Of a stretch of DNA of 64,000 nucleotides, positions 37,372 to 46,977 are shown piece by piece. The stretch comes from Candidatus Multivorans sp. (lineage in GTDB: Bacteria; Acidobacteriota; Thermoanaerobaculia; Multivoradales; Multivoraceae). Below the pieces are notes generated by a model. The model made no database searches. It saw only the letters and a program-made list of their open reading frames with translations, and was not told the DNA's origin. The translations under genes and the position numbers were made by a program. Numbering within the stretch: the stretch's first letter is position 1; each line of letters opens with the position of its first letter. Location: the NCBI GenBank assembly GCA_965224025.1, contig OZ245033.1, positions 2,752,001 to 2,816,000 on the forward strand, read 5' to 3'.

Positions 37372-38126
37372 CCGCGACCGGTCCTGTCGCCGTCCTGGCG
37401 GCGTACCTCCTGGGGTCCGTGCCGTTCAGCTATCTGATCGTGCGGATTCACCGGGGTATCGACGTGCGCGCGATCGGCAGCCGGAGCGCGGGCGCGACGA
37501 ACGTGCTGCGCGCGTCGGGCAAGTGGGCGGCCCTGCTCGCTCTGCTGCTCGACGTGGCCAAGGGCACGGCGGCGGTGGTTGTAGCGCGTACGCTCGAGGT
37601 CGGGAGCTGGTGGCTCGCGGCTGCCGCGGCGGCGGCGGTCGTGGGGCATGTGTTTCCCCTGTTTCTCGTCTTTCGCGGCGGCAAGGGCGTGGCCACGGCA
37701 GCCGGCGTGCTGGCAGTGCTCGTGCCCTGGGCCGGGCTGGGCGCCCTGGCCGTCTTCATCCTGCTGGTGGCCTGGAAGCGCTACGTTTCCCTGGGGTCGA
37801 TCTCGGCGGCGGCTTCCCTGCCGGTGCTCGTCTCTGCCCGCTGGTGGGGCGGCGCGTTCAGGAGTGCGGACGGCCTGGACCACGGCCCGGCGCTGCTGGC
37901 CGGTGTTTCCGCCATCGCCGTCCTGGTGATCGTCAAGCATCGGGCCAACCTGGCCCGGCTGCGCGCGGGAACGGAGTCCCGTCTAGGAGCGCGCGCCGCA
38001 GAACGCAGCGGAGCGAGTTCTGAGGCGCATTCTGCTGGTGAGGTGGGGGCTGGGGCCAAACATGGAGCCTGCGACAGGTTTGGCGGCGTGGGCCAGAAGC
38101 CGCCGGCGCCCGAGGCTGCCGAATGA
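37368..38126 (+). CDS. plsY: Glycerol-3-phosphate acyltransferase PlsY with repeat-derived C-terminal extension
   Basis: YLLGSVP, GS.SAGATN..R, GH.FP...FRGGKGVAT, KHRANL.RL..GTE. Confidence 0.95.
   Translation: MTATGPVAVLAAYLLGSVPFSYLIVRIHRGIDVRAIGSRSAGATNVLRASGKWAALLALLLDVAKGTAAVVVARTLEVGSWWLAAAAAAAVVGHVFPLFLVFRGGKGVATAAGVLAVLVPWAGLGALAVFILLVAWKRYVSLGSISAAASLPVLVSARWWGGAFRSADGLDHGPALLAGVSAIAVLVIVKHRANLARLRAGTESRLGARAAERSGASSEAHSAGEVGAGAKHGACDRFGGVGQKPPAPEAAE
37986..38080 (+). repeat. Palindromic repeat family A, copy 1 (inside plsY 3' end)
   Basis: gcgccgcagaac-N12-gttctgaggcgc hairpin + gaggtgggggctggggccaaacatggagcc; matches 49127-49214(-) and 53533-53630(+). Confidence 0.85.
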
Positions 38127-39184
38127 CGATCGCGGACAAAGGCGGTGGAGTGGCCGTCCTCGGCGCCGGCGCCTGGGGCACCGCGCTCGCGGTCCATGCC
38201 GCCCGGGCAAGTTCGCCGGTGATCCTCTGGGCCCGGTCTGCCGAGTTCGGCGCGGTACTGGCGGCGGAGCGGGTGAACGAGCGCTATCTGCCGGGTGTCG
38301 AGTTGCCGGCACAGGTTCGGGTGACCTGGGATCTGCGACAGGCCGCGGCCTGCGAGACCGTGCTGGTCGTCGTGCCGTCCCACGGCTTTCGGGCCGTCGT
38401 GCGCTCCTTTCTCGAAGCGCGGGCCGGTCTCGGCGGCGGTGCGCCGCTGCCGGAGCGGGTCACCTTCGTTTCGGGCGCCAAGGGCATCGAGTCGGACCAC
38501 CGCGGCGGTTTCCGGTGCATGAGCGACATCTGCCGGGAAGAGGCGGCGGCAGCCGGCACGGACGTCGACTTCGCCACCATCAGCGGGCCCTCGTTCGCGG
38601 CCGAACTCGCTGCCGAACTGCCGACCGCCTGCGTCGTCGCGGCGGAATCCGAGGCGGTGGCCGAGCGGCTGCAGACGCTCTTCTCGACCGGATCGCTGCG
38701 GCTCTACACCTCGACCGACGTGATCGGGGTCGAGATCGCCGCCGCGGCCAAGAACGTGATCGCGATCGCGGCCGGCGTTCTGGACGGTCTGCGCTACGGA
38801 TCGAACACGCGCGCGGCTCTGATCACCCGCGGCCTGCACGAAATGATGCGACTCGGTCTGGCGTGCGGCGGCCGGCCGGCGACCTTCGCCGGTCTCGGCG
38901 GTCTCGGCGATCTCGTGCTGACCTGTACCGGCGGCCTGTCGCGCAACCGGAACACCGGCATCGAGCTGGCCCGGGGCCGCACGCTCGAGGAGATCGAGGC
39001 GGACCGCGCGGGGGTCGCCGAAGGGGTGCGCAACTCGCTCGCCCTGCTCGAGTTGGCGACCGAGAAGAAGGTCGAGTTGCCGATCACCGAGCAGATGGTC
39101 GAGATCCTCTACCGGGGCAAGAAACCAGCCGCCGCGATCCGGGATCTGATGCAGCGAGAACCGAAGGTAGAGTCGGCGCTGTGA
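38123..39184 (+). CDS. gpsA: NAD(P)H-dependent glycerol-3-phosphate dehydrogenase
   Basis: GAGAWGTALA, SGPSFA, KNVIAIA, GLGDLVLTC, SRN. Confidence 0.96.
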   Translation: MTIADKGGGVAVLGAGAWGTALAVHAARASSPVILWARSAEFGAVLAAERVNERYLPGVELPAQVRVTWDLRQAAACETVLVVVPSHGFRAVVRSFLEARAGLGGGAPLPERVTFVSGAKGIESDHRGGFRCMSDICREEAAAAGTDVDFATISGPSFAAELAAELPTACVVAAESEAVAERLQTLFSTGSLRLYTSTDVIGVEIAAAAKNVIAIAAGVLDGLRYGSNTRAALITRGLHEMMRLGLACGGRPATFAGLGGLGDLVLTCTGGLSRNRNTGIELARGRTLEEIEADRAGVAEGVRNSLALLELATEKKVELPITEQMVEILYRGKKPAAAIRDLMQREPKVESAL

Positions 39185-40800
39185 TGGCTGAACCGGCGAG
39201 CGCACCGCCATCCCCGGTCCAGCCCTCCGTCGCCGGCGAGCACGAGACGGTCCTGGTACTCGACTTCGGAGGCCAGTACACGCAGTTGATCGCGCGCCGG
39301 ATCCGGGAGCTCCGGGTCTACTGCGAGATCCATCCCTTCGACCTGGCCGTCGAGCGCATCCGGGCTCGGCGGCCGGTCGGCATCGTGCTCTCAGGCGGGC
39401 CGGACAGCGTCTACGAGCGGAACGCGCCCCAGGCCGACCCGGAGGTTCTCCGGCTGGGCATCCCGGTGCTCGGAATCTGCTACGGGATGCAGTGGATGGC
39501 TCGCGTCCTCGGCGGCCGGGTCGCGGCATCGGGCCTGCGGGAGTACGGTCGCACCCAGATCACGGTCTTGGCCAGAAGCGGCGACTTGTTCTCGGGACTC
39601 GGACCGGAGCAGAACGTGTGGATGTCCCACGGCGACCGGGTCGAGGAACTGCCGCCGGGCTTTGAAGCGACCGCCTCGACATCCACCGTGCCGGTGGTGG
39701 CGGCCCAGGACCGCGGACGGGCCCTGTTCGGTATCCAGTTCCATCCCGAGGTCACCCACACCGACAGCGGCGCCAGGATGCTTCGCAACTTTCTCTACGA
39801 CGCCTGCGGCGCCGCGGGAGAGTGGCGCATGGCGTCGTACGCCGACGAGGCGACGGCCGCGATCGAGGCCCGGGTGGGACCCACGGACCGGGTTCTCTGT
39901 GCGCTCTCCGGTGGCGTCGACTCCGCGGTGGCGGCGAGCCTGGTCCAGCGCGCCGTGGGAGGGCGGCTGACCGCGGTGTTTGTGGACAACGGGCTGCTGC
40001 GCAAGAACGAACGCGGCGAGGTGGAGCGGTGCCTGCGCCGGGGGCTCGACCTGCGGCTGGTCGTGGTCGACGCCGCGCGCGACTTTCTGGGTGCGCTCGC
40101 CGGGGTCACCGATCCGGAAGAGAAGCGCCGGACGATCGGCCGCGTCTTCATCGAGGTGTTCCAGCGCGAGGCGGAGAAGCTGGAGCGGGAAGGCTGTGGC
40201 GCCGGCGCGATTCGCTTCCTGGTTCAGGGCACCCTCTATCCGGACGTGATCGAGTCGGTCTCGGCCTTCGGCCCGTCGGCGATGATCAAGAGCCACCACA
40301 ATGTCGGCGGCCTGCCGGAACGGCTGGGCTTCGAGTTGATCGAGCCGCTGCGCTTCCTGTTCAAGGACGAGGTGCGAAAGCTCGGCCGGGAACTCGGCCT
40401 CGGTTCGGAGTTCGTGGGCCGGCATCCCTTCCCCGGTCCGGGCCTCGGCGTCCGGATTCTCGGCGACGTCACCGCCGACCGGGTGGCGGTGCTGCAGGAG
40501 GCGGACGCGATCTTCATCGAGGAACTGCGCGCGGCGGGTTTCTACGACCGCGTGAGTCAGGCGCTGGCGGTTCTGCTGCCGGTCCACAGCGTGGGCGTGA
40601 TGGGGGACGGCCGCAGCTACGAGAACGTCGTCGCCCTGCGGGCGGTCGAGACCGAGGACTTCATGACCGCCGACTGGAGCCAGTTGCCGCACGAGTTCCT
40701 GGGCGGCGTGGCGGGCCGGATCGTGAACGAGGTGGCCGGAGTGAACCGCGTGGTCTACGATCTGACCAGCAAGCCGCCCGGCACGATCGAGTGGGAGTGA
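39184..40800 (+). CDS. guaA: GMP synthase (glutamine-hydrolysing)
   Basis: LDFGGQYTQLIARR, GICYGMQ, QFHPEV, SGGVDS, KSHHNVGG, KPPGTIEWE. Confidence 0.98.
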   Translation: MAEPASAPPSPVQPSVAGEHETVLVLDFGGQYTQLIARRIRELRVYCEIHPFDLAVERIRARRPVGIVLSGGPDSVYERNAPQADPEVLRLGIPVLGICYGMQWMARVLGGRVAASGLREYGRTQITVLARSGDLFSGLGPEQNVWMSHGDRVEELPPGFEATASTSTVPVVAAQDRGRALFGIQFHPEVTHTDSGARMLRNFLYDACGAAGEWRMASYADEATAAIEARVGPTDRVLCALSGGVDSAVAASLVQRAVGGRLTAVFVDNGLLRKNERGEVERCLRRGLDLRLVVVDAARDFLGALAGVTDPEEKRRTIGRVFIEVFQREAEKLEREGCGAGAIRFLVQGTLYPDVIESVSAFGPSAMIKSHHNVGGLPERLGFELIEPLRFLFKDEVRKLGRELGLGSEFVGRHPFPGPGLGVRILGDVTADRVAVLQEADAIFIEELRAAGFYDRVSQALAVLLPVHSVGVMGDGRSYENVVALRAVETEDFMTADWSQLPHEFLGGVAGRIVNEVAGVNRVVYDLTSKPPGTIEWE

Positions 40801-40842
40801 CGGCGACCGGCGGCTGAGCGGCCGCCTGGAGCGGCGCCCAGG

Positions 40843-41892
40843 TCAACGGTTCGCGATCGGCGCGATCCGGTTCGGCTCCTTGCGCAGGATGGTGGCGAGC
40901 CGCGCCTCCAGGCGGTCCTGCTGGCGCGGCACGGCCTCGGCGCCGCCGCGGGCGACCGGCATCCAGCCGCCGGCGATCATGCCATGGCCGCCGCCGCGGC
41001 CTCGGCGGCCGACCAGCCGGCGCATGACGCGAGAGGCGTCCGCGCGGGTGTTCGTGGTGCGGATCGAACAGTAGACCCGGTCCTCGTAGAGGCCGCTGCA
41101 CAACGACCAGGTCCGGCCCTCCATGCGCAGCAGCAGATCGGCGATCTCGGGCACGATGTCGGGCTGGGCGACGGCGCCGAGCCGGCTCACGACCAGGGTG
41201 TCCACGCCGCGCAGGTTGGCCAGCGCCTCGCGCAGAGTCTCGAAGTAGTTGACCGGCAGCCGCGGGTTCTGAATCCGGCCCAGCAGGCGTGGCAGGGCGC
41301 GGGCGTTGAAGTGATCGTGGATCAGCCGGTCCGCCTCGTCCGCGCCGCGGGAGAAGTCGAGGGTCTCGCTGCGTATCGCGTAGACGATGGCGGTGGCTTC
41401 GCGGCGGGTGGCCGGAATCCCGGCGGCGAGCAGGTACTCGGCGAGGATCGTGGCGGAGGCCGCGTAGTCGTTTCGCAGGTCGTGGAAGGCCGACGCGGAA
41501 GTCCTTGGACGGCGCGGATGGTGGTCGATGACGACTTCGGGCGCCAGATCGTCCGGCAGGGGGCTGTTGCCGGTCGCCGGCTGGCAGTCGACGAGCGCGA
41601 CATACCGGTAGCTTCTGAGCTTCAGCCGCCGGGCCTGGCTGAGCTGCATTCCCAGGGAGCGGACCATCTCCTGGTTCTCGGCCCGACCGATGATGCCCCG
41701 GTAGGCGGCGGTGGCGCGGCGCTGGAAGGCGGAGCGGAGGACTTTCGCCAGGATGGTCGCCGCGGTCAGGGCGTCCGGGTCCGGGTTGTCATGGGTGAGG
41801 ATGAGCCAGCGTCCCCGCGGATCCGTGCTGCCTATGTGGCTGCGGAACGCGGCGAAGCGGCTTCGGGCCTGCTTGCTCAGCATCCCGTTCAT
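40843..41892 (-). CDS. DHH-family phosphoesterase
   Basis: HDNPDPDA, LVD, IDHH, GGGH; start uncertain (41892 or 41934). Confidence 0.88.
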   Translation of the reverse strand: MNGMLSKQARSRFAAFRSHIGSTDPRGRWLILTHDNPDPDALTAATILAKVLRSAFQRRATAAYRGIIGRAENQEMVRSLGMQLSQARRLKLRSYRYVALVDCQPATGNSPLPDDLAPEVVIDHHPRRPRTSASAFHDLRNDYAASATILAEYLLAAGIPATRREATAIVYAIRSETLDFSRGADEADRLIHDHFNARALPRLLGRIQNPRLPVNYFETLREALANLRGVDTLVVSRLGAVAQPDIVPEIADLLLRMEGRTWSLCSGLYEDRVYCSIRTTNTRADASRVMRRLVGRRGRGGGHGMIAGGWMPVARGGAEAVPRQQDRLEARLATILRKEPNRIAPIANR

Positions 41893-41936
41893 GCTAGCTG
41901 CGCCTCTCCGGCGGCGGCGGCGTAGGATGCCCACCC

Positions 41937-42737
41937 ATGATCTCGGAATTGTTCCGCATCGGTCCGCTGTCGGTCTCGCCCTTCGGGCTGATGCTCGTGG
42001 CCGCTCTGTTCATCGGCAACCTGCAGTTGCGCTGGGGCCTTCGGCGCGTGGGCGCGAGAGCGGCGCGGGCCGCCGACGATGCCGCGGCGATTCTGCTTGC
42101 GGCTGCCCTCGGCGGCATCGCCGGCGGCAAGGCGTACTACGCGTTGCTCTACGGCGACTGGCGTCTGCTCTACAGCCGCGCCGGGCTGGTCTGGTACGGC
42201 GGTTTTCTGGTCGGGGCTGCGGCGGTGCTGTTCGTCATTCATCGTCGCCGGATGCCGGCGTGGCGGACCGCCGACGCCGCGGCGCCGGCGCTGGCGCTGG
42301 GCTACGGCATCGGCCGCATCGGTTGCTTGCTCGTCGGCGACGACTACGGCGCGCCGACGGACGTGCCCTGGGGAATGACCTTTCCCGAGGGACCGATCCC
42401 CACCACGGCAGGCGCTCTGCAACGGGAGTTCGGAGTCGATCTTCCCGCCGGCATGGCGCCGGACGCCCTGGTCGCGGTGCATCCCACCCAGCTCTACGAG
42501 ACCCTGATCGCGCTGCTCATCTTCTGGTTCGGTCGGACGCTTCTGGTGCGGGGCGCACCGGCCGGCGGCGTCGTGCTGCCGGTCATCGGGCTGCTGTCGC
42601 TGGAACGCTTCCTGGTCGAGTTCCTGCGCGTCAAGGACGATCGTTTCGTGGGAGCGCTGACCCTGGCGCAGTTGATCGCGGCCGCCCTCCTGCTTCTGGT
42701 CCTTCTGCTATGGCTGCGCCGCCGCCGCGCGTCCTGA
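41937..42737 (+). CDS. lgt: Prolipoprotein diacylglyceryl transferase
   Basis: GLVWYGG, GRIGC, HPTQLYE, RFLVEFLR. Confidence 0.93.
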   Translation: MISELFRIGPLSVSPFGLMLVAALFIGNLQLRWGLRRVGARAARAADDAAAILLAAALGGIAGGKAYYALLYGDWRLLYSRAGLVWYGGFLVGAAAVLFVIHRRRMPAWRTADAAAPALALGYGIGRIGCLLVGDDYGAPTDVPWGMTFPEGPIPTTAGALQREFGVDLPAGMAPDALVAVHPTQLYETLIALLIFWFGRTLLVRGAPAGGVVLPVIGLLSLERFLVEFLRVKDDRFVGALTLAQLIAAALLLLVLLLWLRRRRAS

Positions 42738-43549
42738 CCATCGCCGGCTCCGACTCCGGGGGCTGCTCTGGGGTGCCGGCGGATCTGCGGACCTTTGCGG
42801 CCTACGGGGTTCACGGCCTGTGCGCACTCACCGCGGTCACGGCCCAGACCGCGGGCGAAGTGCGGGCGGTTGAACCGGTGGGTGTCGAGCTGCTGCGCCA
42901 CCAGTTGGCGGCGGCTGCCGAGATCGGCATCGACGCGATCAAGATCGGCATGCTCGCCGATGCCGCGACCGTCGAGGCGGTCGGGGACTGGTTGGAGATG
43001 CTGCCGCCGACGCCGGCGGTGCTCGACCCGGTGTTCGGGTCGACCTCGGGCGCCGCGCTCCTGGAGGCCGACGCTCTCCGCCTGGTCGTGGAGCGGCTGC
43101 TGCCGAGACTGCTGCTGGTGACGCCGAACCTGTTCGAAGCGGAGAGGCTGAGCGGCATGGCGATCGGGGGTCTGGACGATGCCCGGGCCGCCGCGCGCCG
43201 CATCGAGCGGATGGGGCCGGGTGTCCTGATCACCGGAGGCCACGGCTACTCGGCCGCGGCGGAGCCGCCTGACTGCGGCAAAGGCGGCGAACTGACCGAC
43301 CTGCTGTTCGACGGCAATCGGTTCGAGGCTTTCGTCCACCCCAGGATCCGAACCCCCTGGCGGCGCGGCACGGGCTGCACCCTGTCGGCGGCCATCGCGG
43401 CGGGTCTTGGCTGGCACATGCCGCTCGAGCGGGCTGTGCGGCGGGCGGTCGCCTTCGTCGAGAGGGCACTGCGGGGGTCGTACCCTCTGGGCCGGAGCAA
43501 TCGCCACGGCGCCCTCGACCCGATGGCGGGGCATCGGGGCCACAGGTGA
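42710..43549 (+). CDS. thiD: Hydroxymethylpyrimidine/phosphomethylpyrimidine kinase
   Basis: VLTIAGSDSGG, KIGML, LDPV, TPNL.EA, GTGCTLSAA. Confidence 0.92.
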   Translation: MAAPPPRVLTIAGSDSGGCSGVPADLRTFAAYGVHGLCALTAVTAQTAGEVRAVEPVGVELLRHQLAAAAEIGIDAIKIGMLADAATVEAVGDWLEMLPPTPAVLDPVFGSTSGAALLEADALRLVVERLLPRLLLVTPNLFEAERLSGMAIGGLDDARAAARRIERMGPGVLITGGHGYSAAAEPPDCGKGGELTDLLFDGNRFEAFVHPRIRTPWRRGTGCTLSAAIAAGLGWHMPLERAVRRAVAFVERALRGSYPLGRSNRHGALDPMAGHRGHR

Positions 43550-43650
43550 GGCCTGTTGTCCGGAATGACTCGGGTCTGCGCCGTGTTGTCCGGGTTCGCG
43601 GGACTCGCGGATAACCCCGCGCCGCTGCCGTCGCCTATAATCGAGAGTCC

Positions 43651-45435
43651 ATGGTTCGATCGCTACGCCAAGCGCCGCTTCTGTACACTGCGGCCTTGAT
43701 CGCCGGGTTGCCGCTGATCGGGTCGGTCGCCGTTCCGGCGCAGGAGAGTCCCGCCCAGGCGCCTTCTCAAACGCCTCGCGCCACGTTCGAGGAATCCGTC
43801 CACGTCAAGGTCGTGAACGTCCAGGTCTTCGTCCGCGACAAGGACCGCAACCCGGTCACCGGCCTGACCCGGAAGGACTTCGTCCTCAGAGAAGAGAAGG
43901 ACCCGGTCACGATCACGAACTTCTACGAAGTCAACGAGCGGGTCAAGGTAAGCGACGTTCCCGGCCTGGTGCCGGACGAACCCGAAGTCCGGTTCGTCGA
44001 TCGGCCGGGACTGGAGCGCCGCCGTCGCGTCGTGCCCGAGGACGAGCGCCTCAACCTGGTGATCTACATCGATCACCTGAACATCCGACCCCAGAACCGC
44101 AACCGGGTGTTCCGGTACGTGCGCGAGTTCCTGCGCAAGGACGTGACGCGGGATGACCGGGTGATGCTGTTGAGCTACAACCGCTCGGTGAAGGTCGAGC
44201 GCGACTTCACCAGCGATCCGCAGATGATCGCGAACGCTCTCTACGAACTCGAGAAGCACACCGGCGGCAGGACGCAGTGGGACTCGGACCGCGCCGACAT
44301 CATCCGCGACATCGGCGAGGAGGACCGCCACTACGAGTACGTCCAGGGCCGCGTCCGGATCTACGCGCAGTCGATTTTCAACGACATGCAGTTCACCATC
44401 GACGGGCTGAAGGACACCGTCCTCTCGCTGGCCGGCCTGCCCGGCCGCAAGGCCTTCATGTACGTTTCGGACGGTCTGCCGATGCGTGCCGGCGCGGACA
44501 TGTTCGAGGCGCTCGATCAGCGCGGCCGGGCGGTGGACTCGGGGAGCTACAACCAGAACTCCTTCCTCGATTCACTCCAGTACGACTCGAGCCGGCGCTT
44601 TTCGGACCTGGTCGACGCCGCGAACGCGAACGAAGTCTCCTTCTACACCGTCGTCGCCGCTGGGCCGATGGGCATCAACTCGCGGGACGCCTCCATGCAG
44701 GGCATGGCGTTCTCGTCCAACATCGACTCGGTGGCCCGGGACAACATGCACTCGTCCGTCATGTACATGGCCGACGAGACCGGCGGTCAATACATCGTAA
44801 ACACGAACAACTTCCGCGACGGGCTGAACCGCATCGCCCTCGACTTCACGAGCTACTACTCGCTCGGCTTCCAGCCCGGTCATGCGGGTACCGGCCGGAG
44901 GTACAGGCTCAACGTCGAGTTGACGGACGAGGCGAAGAGGCGGCTGGGCTTGAAGCGGGACCGGTACGTGAGGCATCGCCTGAGCTACCGCGACAAGTCG
45001 ATCGATACGGAGATGACCGAGGGCACCCTGGCGGCGCTCAAGCTCGGTTACGAGAAGAACGACCTGGACATCACACTGGTCAAAGCCGACGAGATTCGTC
45101 GCGAGGAGCGGGGGCTCTACACCGTTCACGTCGATGTGCGGGTGCCGATCGGCGAGATGACCCTGGTGCCGGTGGGTACGGTCGGAGACCACCTCCTGCG
45201 GGCGCGGGTCTGGGTGCAGGCTCTGGCGTCGAACGGCGACATCTCGCCGCCCCAGGTCGAGCCGTTCGAGATCACCATCCCCGCCGAGGATCTGGAGCGG
45301 GCGCGGGAGAGCTTCTACACCTACAGGCTGCCGCTGATCATGAAGGAGGGCGATCAACGCCTGACGATCGCGGTGCGGGACGAGGTGGCCGGCCAGACTT
45401 CCTTCATCACCCGAACCCTGCGAGTCGGCGCCTGA
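43651..45435 (+). CDS. Secreted VWA-domain protein (Acidobacteria VWFA type)
   Basis: F.ESV.V.VVNV.V.VRDK...PV.GL...DF, PGRKA..YVSDG, MADETGG, YYSLG. Confidence 0.85.
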   Translation: MVRSLRQAPLLYTAALIAGLPLIGSVAVPAQESPAQAPSQTPRATFEESVHVKVVNVQVFVRDKDRNPVTGLTRKDFVLREEKDPVTITNFYEVNERVKVSDVPGLVPDEPEVRFVDRPGLERRRRVVPEDERLNLVIYIDHLNIRPQNRNRVFRYVREFLRKDVTRDDRVMLLSYNRSVKVERDFTSDPQMIANALYELEKHTGGRTQWDSDRADIIRDIGEEDRHYEYVQGRVRIYAQSIFNDMQFTIDGLKDTVLSLAGLPGRKAFMYVSDGLPMRAGADMFEALDQRGRAVDSGSYNQNSFLDSLQYDSSRRFSDLVDAANANEVSFYTVVAAGPMGINSRDASMQGMAFSSNIDSVARDNMHSSVMYMADETGGQYIVNTNNFRDGLNRIALDFTSYYSLGFQPGHAGTGRRYRLNVELTDEAKRRLGLKRDRYVRHRLSYRDKSIDTEMTEGTLAALKLGYEKNDLDITLVKADEIRREERGLYTVHVDVRVPIGEMTLVPVGTVGDHLLRARVWVQALASNGDISPPQVEPFEITIPAEDLERARESFYTYRLPLIMKEGDQRLTIAVRDEVAGQTSFITRTLRVGA

Positions 45436-45506
45436 GCAGCGTCTGACCGGGGAGTGCAGGTAGGCTGCCTGGAGGCTGACCTTGGGGCTGCCTGGAGGCT
45501 GAGCCG

Positions 45507-45974
45507 TTGAAGACCACGAAGATCGTCGAGTCGTTGACAACATTGAGCGGGCTGGGAGGCGCTCTGGCGCGTTCCGCCGCGGCCCTGCTCGAAGCGGAAG
45601 TGGATCAACTGCGCTTCGACCTGGCGCGGAACTGGCGCCGTTTTCTGGGCCTCGTCCTGCTTGCCGCGCTGGTGTTCGGCGTGGTCTTCTGGGCCCTCGG
45701 CGCGCTCCTGTTCGCGGCCGGCGCCGGTCTCGCGAATGTGCTGCCGCTCTGGGCGGCCGCGCTGGCGGTCGCGGTCGGCCTGCTGGCGCTGGCGCTGATC
45801 CTGCTCTTCATCGTCCGTGTCAGGGCGCGCCGCCTCGAATCGCCCGTGGGCACCGTGAAACGCCGCGTCGGTAGTCACCTGGCGTTTTGGCGGGGCCTTC
45901 TGGACGAGGCCGCAGGCAGCAGCGACGCGGCTTCGGATCGGGAACCCGACGAGTCGCCGGGAGGCGAATCGTGA
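45507..45974 (+). CDS. YqjE/'phage holin'-like two-TM membrane protein
   Basis: LLEAEV..LR.DL followed by two hydrophobic helices. Confidence 0.7.
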   Translation: MKTTKIVESLTTLSGLGGALARSAAALLEAEVDQLRFDLARNWRRFLGLVLLAALVFGVVFWALGALLFAAGAGLANVLPLWAAALAVAVGLLALALILLFIVRVRARRLESPVGTVKRRVGSHLAFWRGLLDEAAGSSDAASDREPDESPGGES

Positions 45975-46189
45975 GCGGCCGGTCGGAGGCGCGCAAGCGG
46001 GCGGCTCTGCTGGCGCGCCGGCGTGACGACACGAGAGAGGCCCTGGAGCAGGTCCGCAGGGCTCTCGGCGACGTGGGCGGCGCCGACTTGAGCCGAGTCC
46101 GCGCGGGGACGGTCTGGGTGTTGCCCGTGGCGGCCGGGGCTGTCGGGATCGCGATCGCGTGGTCGCTCAGACGGCTCAGGAACAGGTGA
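45971..46189 (+). CDS. Small membrane protein (YqjK-like)
   Basis: GTGA-coupled to both neighbours; C-terminal TM helix. Confidence 0.55.
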   Translation: MSGRSEARKRAALLARRRDDTREALEQVRRALGDVGGADLSRVRAGTVWVLPVAAGAVGIAIAWSLRRLRNR

Positions 46190-46977
46190 GCAGCCTGTCG
46201 GCCGACGGTCGTCCACACGCTGTCGACTGTGCGGGTGTCCGGGGGGCGCCTGGCCTGCCGTCCGCCGACGCGTCTGCGCGGCGGCTGCTGCTCTTCGCCA
46301 AGGAACCGGCGCCGGGCGACGTGAAGACCCGGTTGATCGGTCCAGGCGGTCTGACCGCCGGTCAGGCCGCTTCGCTGCACGCCGCCCTGGTTGCAGACCT
46401 GAGCCGGCGGCTCGAAGCCGGCCGCTGGGATCTGGTCCTGATGTGGTCGTTGTCGGAGGGGAGTGATCCGCCGGCCGACCTGACGCCGGCCGGTGTGCCC
46501 TGGCGGCCACAGCGCGGTCGCGACCTGGGCGAGCGGCTCTACCGTGGGCTGGAATGGGCGGCCTCCGGCGCTGGATACGCGGCGGCGGTCGGAAGCGATC
46601 ACCCCGACCTCGATCCGGGGCATGTGGAGACGGCGTTCGACCTTCTTGCCTCCGGGCACGACGCAATCCTCGGTCCAGCTCGGGACGGCGGCTACTACCT
46701 GATCGCCCTGCGGCGCGAGGCTGTACATCGCAGGTTGTTCGATGGACTGGCCTGGAGTACGCCGTCGGTGCTTCTCGAGACTCTGTCGCGCTGCCGCGAG
46801 TTGGGGCTGGATGCGGCCCTCCTGCCGGAAGAGGAGGATCTCGACACGCTGGACGATCTGGCTCGATTCCGGGACGCTCTCGAACGCCGGCCCGAGTTGC
46901 GGTCTCTATGCCCGCGAACCGCCGAGGTGGTCGCGTCCTGGTCCCGGCGTCCGCCAGCACCGGAGAGCCAGGGGTGA
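46186..46977 (+). CDS. DUF2064/TIGR04282-type nucleotidyl/glycosyl transferase
   Basis: FAKEP.PG.VKTRL, Q.G.DLGERL, GSD.P, GPA.DGGYYLI, D.DT.DDL. Confidence 0.88.
   Translation: MSSLSADGRPHAVDCAGVRGAPGLPSADASARRLLLFAKEPAPGDVKTRLIGPGGLTAGQAASLHAALVADLSRRLEAGRWDLVLMWSLSEGSDPPADLTPAGVPWRPQRGRDLGERLYRGLEWAASGAGYAAAVGSDHPDLDPGHVETAFDLLASGHDAILGPARDGGYYLIALRREAVHRRLFDGLAWSTPSVLLETLSRCRELGLDAALLPEEEDLDTLDDLARFRDALERRPELRSLCPRTAEVVASWSRRPPAPESQG

Noticed and set aside
38038-39183. Apparent long N-terminal fusions on GuaA (also ThiD from 41711, GlnA from 54725, PQQ protein from 55483, Nnr from 46554)
   Set aside because: Open off-frames overlapping upstream genes; true starts have RBS or stop-start coupling.
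40790-40850. Genomic island at the guaA 3' end (a known hotspot)
   Set aside because: No integrase or duplicated guaA end; a housekeeping-type DHH gene follows directly.
45507-45974. Prophage holin
   Set aside because: YqjE-like membrane protein in a housekeeping operon; no phage genes nearby.
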